From the NCBI GenBank assembly GCA_964035545.1, contig OZ037767.1, forward strand, positions 8,070,581 through 8,134,580: a stretch of DNA of 64,000 bases, written 5' to 3'. Position numbers and translations under genes: made by a program. Positions within the stretch are counted from its first letter, which is position 1. Each line of letters starts with the position of its first letter. Under the pieces are notes generated by a model. It had not been told where the DNA came from, made no database searches, and saw nothing but the letters and a program-made list of their open reading frames with translations. The DNA comes from Bugula neritina. Its lineage: Eukaryota; Animalia; Bryozoa. Shown piece after piece: positions 53,201 to 64,000 of this stretch.

Positions 53201-56200
53201 TGGCAACGTGTCTATGTGAAATTCACAAATTTATTTAGGAAAATTTAAGTATAATATATTTTGCTTCATGAGTTCTATTGGTGCATTCTAGAATCTCTAT
53301 TCTTTATTTGAATACCTTGAATAATTGCCCTGAAGAATAAACTATTCTGGATGAAGCAGCTTTAGTTTCTCAGTAGTCACTTACTATGGCTTAATATTTA
53401 GTCATCTTACAAGCTATATATTATACTATTTGTTACTTCCATCCTTCTTGTTTTCACTGCGGATGTGAGCCTGGAAAAACTTTCATTATAAGTATTTTGT
53501 TGCTGGAGTTTGTAAAATAGTTTTGAGTGAATGTGTTGAAAATAATGAAAACTAGATAACAATAAATTCTTAGATTATTGTTTTGAGGGTGACATGTTGA
53601 ATTAAATACAGTTATAATGTTAACTGTTACTAAACTATGTTTTAAATTTTATATTATAAAATTGAGTGTAACTTACTGCGATTCTAAGGTGTAAATCTAC
53701 TTTGTCAAGTATTTAAAAAATTAGTTACTCTTGGCATTTATTAGTCTTGTTTTTTTAAATGCACAAACCAGTATGTAGTTGAAATCACAATAGCTTGATA
53801 TTATTTGCATCAAATTTGTTTAGAGCTTTGGAAGAAAAAGTGCAGCATTGAATGGAAAAAATATTAAAACCACTTTGTAATGAAAACCCCATTACAATAC
53901 TTGCAGATCATATCCCAACATTCAGGGTAGAAGAGACTGCTGACGTAGTAAATCCAGCCTATACTTCTGTAGCAGCATCTTTCATTCAATGGAATCTTAA
54001 ATCACAACCCTGGCTCTTTAATTGCAACCCTAAAGTTGACTACAGCAACTTGCAGTGAGTCTTTTCATACGTCACCTCATGATATACTGATCTCGGCAAA
54101 ATAATAACACAGAAAGCTACTTCATCATTAATTACTCCTTATATCATTATTATACGTAGGTATGAAGTCAGTTTGACTGGTGAAAACAATCTGAATGTTA
54201 ATAAGAAAAATGGTAAAGTGAGTTTTACTGCCACTCAGTTGAATGAAGAGACATTCTACAGGTTCCTAGTGTCTCATCATACAGGAAGTTATGATATGTG
54301 TCCTGGACCTGTTATCTCTCTACCTGTGATGACTAAACAGTGTACAGGTATGTGCTACCTGCTATACACATATACATACAATATGCACACACTGCATATT
54401 GATAGCAGCTCATGTAGACAGCATTTTGGTGGAATAGAGATATATTTTATGACAATATTTTATAAAATACAGCATAATATACGTTGCATGATGTTAAAAT
54501 ATCACCAATTATAAATCATTGTTTTTAAGTTATGGTAGGCTTATATATTTTAAAAATATGTAAGCAATATTTTACATTCTAATAAACGCAGTTGATTTTT
54601 TATATAGTATATGCCTATATAATTTATTACCTACGATATCTTCTTTTTAGCCTAGAATGACTAAATTTAAAGAATTACTCAGCAGAAGTAGTACATGACA
54701 TGTTTCTTATTTTAGCACCAGGTCCTCCAACAGGTATAAAACTAACAGCTGAAACAATGCCCGTCATAGTAGATGGTGGTATAAAGAAGTGGAAATATAC
54801 GGCAACATGGGCAGTGAGTAGAATTAACCTGTACACACATTTTTCTTTAATACTGATTTAGTTTTATTCAGGCTATTGGGGGTGCTGTAGAATATATTTA
54901 TTGGGAATGAAGATCTATAAATACAATTATTCTTTTGACTAATTACACACTCATCGCTATCATATGACTAGTCTCTCTCTTGTTGCTGCTCAGTGTTATA
55001 GGAGGCTCTTGCAATATACTTGAAGCAGTTGTACTGCACTAGATGCACCACAATTCATAACCAAGGTGTGATAAATAAAGTTATAAGTTTACTTCTAAAT
55101 TATCTTTTAGTTTCTGATTGGTTGCAGATCTCATTAGCAACTATTTATTTTGTCCCAAGTAGAAAGCCTTTTGTGTTATATTTGTTGTTTGTATAAATTA
55201 CCATCTGAAGGGCATGCATGCATTTTTATCAGCTAAAAGTATGATTAGAACCCAGTTTTAGCTTGGATGCATTATAATATACGTGTACATGCATATATGC
55301 CATTTCTCCAGGCATATTTCATACACGTTTATGTAAAATGTTACTGTTGACATACTTGACAGGCCCCAACAACCATCAATTGTGATTCTATAAAAAGCTA
55401 TGAATGGAAAATCACTGGAGGGTCTACAGAAGTCACATATGATAGAAAGGCTACATTCACAGCTGATGCTGGAGGAGTTTCCATAACATTCTCAGTCTGG
55501 ACTATAAATGATGGCAACAAGAAGTTAGATAAACCAGCTACTCACACAGTCATCACAAAGAGTTTTCGTGAGTGAATATGATTTATGCATAAGAAACTTT
55601 TAGAAAGTTTTGCCATCATTGACATTAAAGTCACTAGAGTGCATATGCTGTTTTTTTTAAATGAGATTAATATTTATGCAGTTTTTAAATAAAATGGATT
55701 GAAAAATTGAAATTTTATTCTTTGATCGAACTGATATATGATGAATCACCTTAATTGGACAATTTATATTTAATGACGACATTCTTTCTCAGCAAATGAC
55801 ACAATGGCAAAAAATTGAATCTCAATAAATATTTAATCACTGATATTGAAAATGCTAGTTCACAATAGACTAATAATTATAATCTAATCTGTTCTACAAT
55901 GAGCTTTAATATAGTTATAATGTTGCTTTAGTTTTACGAAATGGTAGAACTTCAATAAAAGTTAGTATTTGCTTTTACAAAAACAAACTGTTTTGTGTTT
56001 AAGCTAGCAACTAAATATCGTTTTTCCATCATCCTCTTCTATATGACTAATATTTGTTTTTCCATCTTTCTCTGCTATATATGACTGATATAGAATAAAA
56101 ACCAATACAAGTAGGCAACATGGCAAGTAAAATTAAACTCCCAGCTTCAAACATGTTGTTTGAGTGATGATATCTTCTAAGCTTGTTGTTATATGAACAT

Positions 56201-59200
56201 GAATCTTACCTATTTATATAAATTATAAAATTTGTTTGGAGAATGTACAAAAATTATATTAATAAGAATAGTAGATTGTATGCTAAGCACTGTTTAAACA
56301 CATAAACCTTACATATAAACTATATACGTCAAAATTATATTAGGGAAAAAGAGTAGGTTATTTGTCCCAACATAGTGTAAAATAGTTATAATGAAGCATT
56401 TTATACTAATTGCAGCATCCGATGCACCGACAGTGACTGTAGTTGGAAAGTCAGAAGACTCTGTAACCTTATCCTGGGAACCTCCAGAGTATACTTATGG
56501 CACAATTATCAGTTATCAAGTGAGATATTGTCTTGTAGTCTACTCTTTCAAAAATTTGAGTTGCTAAGGATTTGATTTCTCAGCTTTGTTGAAAATCTTT
56601 TTTACAGTACAAGTGTACCAATATGGCAGACTGGAAGAATATTAGTAACAACATAATTAATCAAGATGTGAAAGAAAGATATACACCTTATCAGCAAATT
56701 AAGTGTCAAGTTAGAGTGATAAATGAAGCTGGTGAAGGAGATTTAGGTGCATCCAGCAGCTATACAGCATGTGCAGGTTTGATATTATTTCTGGCTATTA
56801 ACATTATTTAGAAAACCAAATTGAAACTCAAACTGATAAAAAAATTTTTATTATTTGAAGTATACCAAAAAGGTCAACCTAGTTGTTTTACCTCTAAACT
56901 TACTCCAAATTAATAAAAATTGTACTTGTCATATGCCCTAAATTAATTCAAGCTTGAATTTTTTTTTGCCAATTGTTGGGTTACAATTAAGCATTACAGC
57001 ACAACAGTCTGAAATCCATACAGTAGACTTAGGATTGCCATGGTTGGTTTGTAAATTTACTAAGTAACAAAAATGTCTGGTTATATTATAGTTTACATAA
57101 CTTTATACTATGCAACAGTTCTATTGTGTTTAGTTCAGAAAATGAGTGTATTGCATCATCTTCACATGTGTGTTACAATTTATATTTTTCAGCACCAAAG
57201 TTTGTCGGAGAAATAAATTATGCAGATGAGTATGTTTATCAAGATGACTGGAAAAGTTACAGAAAAGTTATTATTAGTGAGAACCAGGTATGTAAATTCA
57301 TTTATACTGTATTATTAATCAATATTTGGAGTTTTAGCCATTGAAAACAGTTTCCCAGTGAGATCTGTTGGAAATGGTGATTTGTCATGCTACTTATGGT
57401 TTATATATTTTTTTATGTCTATTAGAACATTCTGAGTCAGTGTGGACCGAAAAACACTACGGAACTCAGTTTCAGAATGAAAAATTCTCCTCAGCTGAAG
57501 TTCAGTAAACAAACTGTTTTCTCTAATCTGATGGCCAACACCAGCTACCAGTTTGAGGTGGAGGCTAGAAATGAACAAAACAAAGCTTTCGTGAAAACTC
57601 TAACAGTTTCCACTAAAAACATTGGTAAGATTTCTTTTTTCAGCTACAGATAATACACGCCACCATTTAGCACTTTTGTGAGTATGGATGTTTAGGACAG
57701 ATTTTCAATCACATAAAATCAATGGTCAAAAGTATTTTGTAGAACTTTAAATGCTTTAAAACTATTTCTTATTTTTATTGGTTGGGTTGATATTCATTTA
57801 CCCAGTCTTTGAAAGCTAAAATAGAAGCACTTTCTATTTGCATGCATTTATACAATTACATCAGTACATTAGTACTTTGATATAAATATAATCAATATAT
57901 CTGTAATTTGTTTTAGAGCCAACAACTCCACCCAGCATTACTTTGGAATCGCTTAAAGACAACTGCATAAATGTATCTCTAAACAAGCCCGAAGAATACA
58001 CAGGAGAAATTACCTATTATTTAGTGAGTGAGGTCGCAATTATGACACACTGTGGTCGATGTTAATATATGGATTCATTCAACAGTAGCTTATTTTACAA
58101 TCTAATCAAAATTAAGGCTGTAACTTTTTATCAAATTTCTACTTATTAGTGATTTTAATCTTTTTTATGGCTAGTAAATCATTGTAATAAAACCTATAAA
58201 CTAATTAGTTCATAAGTATTTGTGTACAATGCACAGTCTGGTGATAAAAGAAATACTTTTTTGCAGATTGAATGTAACTACAACAATACAGCTGGTGTCA
58301 TACCATTAGTCAACTGCACATCAACCAATCAGGGTAAAGAAAAGACTTCTATATGTAATATAACGTCTGCTTCTGTGATAGAATGCACAGCTCAAGCTGG
58401 TTCAGTATATGCACCAAGTCCTGCCAGTCTACCAGCAATTACTGTTACTGAACTCATCTGTAAGTACTGTATATTGTAGCATTTGACTCAAACAACTATA
58501 TCATATAACTCAACTTAAATGTAGTGGGTTAATATTATCAACCAGTCTTGCATAAAATAGGATCATTCTGACATTAGTCAGTTATAGCTTTACACAACAC
58601 TTTGGTTTATTCAAGGCACCACTAAACACCACGAGATACAAACCCCATTGCATACAAGAATATTGTTGTTTATAGTTTTTTATTCGGTCATAAAATTACT
58701 TCATGTAGACCAAAGTGCTCTACAATGCAATAGCCTGAATTTTATAACTTTATATTGAGGTTCTATGATGCAGCACTATTCTAAGAATTTGATTATTGCG
58801 TTATAACTTTTTTCAACTAGTAATTTAATAAAAAATTCATTTTATTGCTGTTTCATATCATTCTTTTTAAACTGCTTCAACTGTTCAATTTTCTTAAACA
58901 TGATTGATTATTTTAGTTAAGATTAAAGCGCCATTCCCTGAGCCTGCAGTGACTTCAGGAAAAGTTACTGTCACCATTGTACCAGTTCAGGCAGACTTAG
59001 TAAAGATGAGGTGATTATTTGTTATTTCATAAAAGCTAATATAGAATCATGAGCATAATATACTTTATTCAGGTGGTATGATGGCAATCTCTCCCATATG
59101 AAAACAGCCATCATTTTTATTTCTGCTAATAGTGCTAAATATAATACAATGTAATATCTAGTTTTCTGAAATTGTTTGTGATGTGGAAAGTTTATATCAA

Positions 59201-59755
59201 CTGTGTGTCAAGGAAATATATTTTGAACTAAGTAAATTACATTATTAGCCTCGAATCATCTAAACCATTTTTCAAAAACTGCCACATGGTGGTGCGATAA
59301 GATTTTGTCCTATGAGCTAACCTAACCAACACCTCTCTTATTAATTCAGATAGCAAAAGAACACAACTTGAAAATATGATATTGCTTGATTGAAAATGAA
59401 AATATGAACACATTATAGCTCTTATTATATGGTTTCTTTTGGTGTATCATTTACAGGTCCTACTTGATACTGGTTCAAGGAAAGACCAGGAGTAAGAGAG
59501 CTGTATCTAGTAGTAACTGTATCCCATCTTCTGACTCTCAGTCAGTATCTAGATCAAGTCTTATTCTCACTCAGAGTTGTTACATAACAGCTGAGATACT
59601 GGCTAATGACACAAAGCTCTCTACGCCTGGTGGATATGAGTTCACTGTTGGAGATGGAAAGAGTTACAATGGCTACACAAATACAAAACTAACTTCGGCA
59701 ACAGACTATGATGTGTGGATAGCTACTACCTGGGTGCCCAATGTAAGTTATTGAA
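44288..59755 (+). repeat. Segmental duplication copy B
   Basis: Collinear with 1-18600 apart from indels and insertions specific to copy A. Confidence 0.92.
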
Positions 59756-62700
59756 AACCAACTGTATATAGGGTTTAGGATTTGAAAATCTCAGCGATAT
59801 TTAAACATTAGTTTTAATCAAAGCAAAAAGCTTATTTGTTGTTAATTTATAAAAAATTTACTTCTAAAAAAAATTTATTATGTTTTTTGATAAGAATTGA
59901 AGAGGCAATGTATATATAATATATTCATATATTTTTAAACACACCAGGAGACTTAATATTTCGTTCTCTAGAGAATAAAAAAATGACATTGCAGTACAAG
60001 CAGGAGAACTGGTAAAAGTAAGCTCATTTTTGCTCATAGTATTTTCTCATTAAATAACAATATTTGGTTTTTATATAAGAAGTTTTTAATCATCAAGGTA
60101 AAGTTTGCAGTTCTAAATTTAACTTGAATTTTCCAGGTTACACCTGCATGCATGAAAATTTGACTTATCAGGCACTAAAACATAAGAACAAATAAATGAG
60201 AACTTTTGAGAGTGCAGACTTAGTTTCATTGGATTACTTTAATAAATGGGAAAAAACAGCAAATATTTAAGCCTTTCATTTAGCTTTTTAAGCAAAGGAC
60301 TGGCTAGAAGCTGTGAGAAAGTTAGATGTAGTTTTAAAGTTTAAAGAAGCTGGTAGAAAAAGACAGTTACTAAGCACTAACTCTGCCTATGCCTATTAAA
60401 CACTAGTTTCTGCATTATTCTGTGTTCTTATATAATATGGGTATTTTATGTTTGCACAGTCATGTTATCACATAGTTAAATGACTCAATTATCACCAGCT
60501 ACAGGTTGGTAAAGTTGTAAAGCTAAATATATTATTTTTATAAAATTATTGTCCAATATTTTGCCAAAAACATGGTCCCTGTATAAGTAAGAAATAATAT
60601 TCCATATGTTAACATTGCTAGTTCATGTTTTCTGAGAGCAAAACTAGACCAGCTGTGGCTTTTCACTGTTTCTCTATTCTGTCCACCTGCATATTGGTAA
60701 TAAATTGCTTGTCTCAGTTATACTGTTATTTATGTTCACAGGGTTCTAATGATGAATACGTCAAAGTGATTAGTGAAGGACACAGTTTTAAAGGTAAGCA
60801 TTTTTATATAACTTTGTACTCACACAAGTTTATAGTCACTATCCCTGTGAGCAACCCCTGGTGGAAAGGATTTTTTGTTAAATTGAGCTAAGAACTTATT
60901 TAAAAGTGACACAGGAGCAATTATGACTGGATGCTCTTCCTAACATCATCAATGGCCTTTAATGGGGTTCGAACCCATGACTTCGTGTTTGCTAAGGAAC
61001 CGCTCTAACCCCTAGACCATGGCTGCTCCCTTTTTGTATAATTTCATGTTGTTACTCAATTATAGTTAATATAATAGTATATAGAGATAGGAGAAAGCTA
61101 CCAGGAAATCTTACTATGATCTTCTAATACTTCTCTTTCAGCTCCAGAGCCTGCACCTGTTTCTAAGGACAATTCTCAATCAACTCCCTCAGACCAGTCT
61201 AAAGCTGGACCCATTGGAGGAGCTATTGGTGGAGTGGTTGGCGCTGTCGTTGTGGTTATTGTCATTATAGTGTCAATGCGAAGGTAAATGTACTAGATTC
61301 AATGACTGTTTTACTTATCTGAGCTGTTCCCCACATTGCTAGATCGTCATATACACTAGCTTACATTGTTTTTTCACCAATTCTTTTGTAGTCTAACTGT
61401 ATTCGTAAATGGCTAGTGTTAGAGGAATTTCAACCTCAACTTCAGCCTAGTACAACTAATTTAGACATATGGTTTTAAAGTTTTTATAAAGCCATATATT
61501 GCTATTTAAACTTTCATTGCTTTTGAAACCTTTAACAATTCTTTATAATATAATTATTTTATATGAATTATTTTACGTCTGGTGTTAACAGATGTATGTT
61601 TAAAATACTTGTTATTAACAAAATTGGTGCATTGAGTTTTCGGTTCTCATTTAAATATGATGGATTTCGTGGTAAATGTTACAATCACTGCATTGGCTTA
61701 CATAGTATTAACTCATACTTCTATCATCTTTTTTATGAGTTGTGGTAAAAAGATTTTATTTGTTAAAAACCGCTCAACCATCTTAAATAAAGCAAAAATT
61801 ATTATGTTTTCTGTGAGTAACTTTTTTCAAGTGATAATCACTTGAGCTAAGCTATAGTGTCTCGCATTCTCCAAATGGTAGGTAGATATCTGAATATCTT
61901 ACTTCAGAATGCTTTATTTACACACCTATGTGTGTTTAGTGTCACTTCAGAAAAACGTTGGCCTTCCCACATGAAGCTATTTATTTATTTTGGGACATTA
62001 TACGTATTTTATGTGGGGTTTGGGAAGTGTCTATCTGGGATGAAACCGTGTGTTAATTGTCACAATGAAAACATAATCTTATAATTTTTATTTTTTATCA
62101 AACTCAGCCACACACTATGACTGTATCTTCTCAAGAATTTCCATAATTTATCTGAATAGTCAACAAACATGTATTGAACTGCTAGAGAATTGCTTTAAGT
62201 TTGTCAGTTGCATTGATAGCATGTCTAATAAATTATTTATTAATTAATTTGTTTTGAAAGCTACGGAATTATTGAATGCCATTTGCTAAATTATTAGACC
62301 ATTAATCATATTTTATATTATATATAGAGTATGGCTATTCATTTGTGCTATTGCTTTGTGTCTGTTATATTGATTATAATATAAATGTACTTAGTTTGTG
62401 GTTACCTCAACTGTATTGGTAGAATAGTAAATCTCAACTGTGCAACATAATAACACAGTAAGCATCACTCAATATAGTGGGATGGGCTGGTATTGAATGA
62501 GTTTATACTAAGCTAGACTGTCAAACTACGTCATCTATGGCAAGGAATACGGAACGGTGCGTGCGTTGTAAGACTGGTAGTTTATACATTTATTTCAAGA
62601 CAAATGACACATTGTATTATGTGTATTTCAGGAGACGAGCCAATAGAAATAAGGAGACGTCTGATGAGCTAGGACTGGATAGTTTAGGTCAGCCGCAGCC

Positions 62701-63759
62701 ACCAAACACAGCTTCTAAACCGACATCAGTATCCAAAAAGACCACCTCAACTGCTCTGCCACCTACTGCCAGTCGTGGTGAGAAGAATTTTACTGCAATG
62801 AAGGTTTCATAATCTATGAACCAATAAATACATGATGAGTCCGTAAAGGTTTACAATGCTACAAACTACATACACTAGTGTAGGATGGTGTATATCGTTA
62901 AACAATGCACAATTTTTCTCCCGTTATATATGTACATTTAATTTGTAATAGTTAGAAATTTGTTTCAGTTGCAAGGAACAGCAACCCACCAGCATCTGTT
63001 GAAGATGGTTTTTATGCTAACACAAATGCAGCTCTATTCATTATTCCTATAAGTCAGCTGGAGGAATACATCACAGACTGTCAAGAAACCATCTCTGAGC
63101 ATTATAGTGTAGGTTTCTAGTTTCTACCTCTGAGCATTATAGTGTAGGTTTCTAGTTTCTACCTCTGAGCATTATAGTGTAGGTTTCTAGTTTCTACCTC
63201 TGAGCATTATAGTGTAGGTTTCTAGTTTCTAAGTCTATTATGACGGTGAAATATGTAGTACCAAGAATTTCATTGACTAGTTAATAAGAAACCTTACCTG
63301 ATTTTTCACTAAATACAAAGCGCATTCACAAATATTTGTTTAATGAGACTTTAACTGTGTTGATATTTAGCTTTTGATCACTATCATACCAGAATGGGAA
63401 AGCAATAGCTATTTTATACGATATAACACATATTCCTATAAAAGCACCAATATTTTTGGTTGGGGCGTGGGTTGGAATTTTTGCTAAGAACATGAATTCT
63501 TTTGCTACATTTCTAATCTAAAACACAGGCTTTTCTCAATTTCTTCATCACTGCACCTACCTCAGTTTTTTTACAATTATAGTTTCAATATTGAATTCAA
63601 CACATAATCTTGTTAGTTGAGCTACTGCATTTAGTGTTATATCGTAAACCTACAGTTCTATTGTTTTTTAGATGTTGATGGCAATTCCAGACCCCAACAT
63701 GTCCATAGCGCTCCTTCCAGAAAACAAAGGCAAGAATAGGTATAAAGGACTTTATCCAG
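46758..63759 (+). CDS. Gene B: receptor-type protein tyrosine phosphatase with 3x F-type lectin + ~5x FN3 ectodomain (3' end beyond window)
   Basis: Exons 46758-46833, 47676-47879, 48074-48298, 48848-49060, 49871-50098, 51121-51351, 52422-52655, 53907-54054, 54160-54347, 54716-54813, 55363-55567, 56416-56519, 56608-56776, 57193-57287, 57426-57624, 57917-58023, 58267-58459, 58917-59010, 59457-59742, 60742-60793, 61142-61283 (TM), 62632-62777, 62969-63108, 63672-63759; frame stays open throughout. Confidence 0.82.
60844..61029 (-). mobile_element. tRNA-derived SINE (same family as 43443-43625)
   Basis: Head GGAGCAGCCATGGTCTAGGGG...GGGTTCGAACCCC; body aligns with the 43.5 kb copy. Confidence 0.75.
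61142..61283 (+). CDS. Gene B stalk + TM exon
   Basis: APEPAPVSKDNSQSTPSDQSKAGPIGGAIGGVVGAVVVVIVIIVSMR, followed by RRR across the next junction. Confidence 0.8.
62969..63759 (+). CDS. Gene B juxtamembrane exon and first PTP-domain exon
   Basis: IPISQLEEYI...ISEHYS, then an 88-nt exon MLMAIPDPNMSIALLPENKGKNRYKGLYP containing PTP motif 1 (NxxKNRY). Confidence 0.8.
63093..63231 (+). repeat. Four copies of a 35 bp unit spanning a gene B splice donor
   Basis: CTCTGAGCATTATAGT|GTAGGTTTCTAGTTTCTAC at 63093, 63128, 63163 and 63198. Confidence 0.95.
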
Positions 63760-63935
63760 GTCAGCCATTTATTTCTTGATGGGTTAACTGATATCATAAC
63801 TGGTTAGTTAAACAGAGCTAATGTTTCCTATGCTGCGAAATGAATCCATATATTATTATTTCTCAGCTCTGTAAGCTACACTAGCCTGATATATCGTCAA
63901 ATATTAAGAAAACTGTAGTGTTGAAATTACCTAAT

Positions 63936-64000
63936 AGTCCTGTGGTGTAATGGCTAGTCAGCCTGCTTGCAAGCCAGGGGGTCCTTGGGTTCAATCTCAG
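63936..64000 (+). mobile_element. tRNA-like head, probably another SINE (cut by window end)
   Basis: A-box TGGTGTAATGG and B-box-like GGGTTCAATC; intronic; no complete cloverleaf visible. Confidence 0.5.

Noticed and set aside
60844-61029. Functional tRNA gene
   Set aside because: A/B boxes present but no proper cloverleaf, and a shared non-tRNA body in two diverged copies indicates a SINE.
63093-63231. CRISPR-like 35 bp repeats
   Set aside because: No spacers, eukaryotic intron context, no cas genes; it is a tandem repeat.

Overview
AT-rich, intron-rich animal (invertebrate-type) genomic DNA; I cannot identify the organism from sequence alone. It holds two tandem + strand paralogous receptor genes. 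Both encode the same ectodomain: signal peptide, 3 F-type lectin (FTP/fucolectin, F5/8-C-like) domains, about 5 FN3 domains and an RPTP-type membrane-proximal domain with an RSKR furin site. Their C-termini are unrelated. Gene A (CDS 2654-21055, 22 coding exons, about 1290 aa by my splice model) adds a Sushi/CCP domain, a TM helix and a short non-catalytic tail with ITIM/ITAM-like tyrosine motifs. Gene B (CDS from 46758, running off the window) has a different TM and enters a protein tyrosine phosphatase domain (NKGKNRY). The lectin exons differ mostly by amino-acid replacements, while the introns are a mosaic of near-identical and unalignable blocks. This is the pattern expected of a paired receptor system shaped by gene conversion and diversifying selection. 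Between the genes lie a dead copy of the Sushi-TM-tail cassette, a solo LTR, a young intact Ty3/Gypsy element with a -1 frameshift signal and an extra C2H2 zinc-finger ORF, and a head-to-head fusion of two other 5'-truncated Gypsy elements. Gene A introns carry a TTAA MITE, a LINE fragment, a foldback and an (AT)n expansion that gene B lacks. Exon models are manual, from GT-AG boundaries, phase continuity and A/B comparison.
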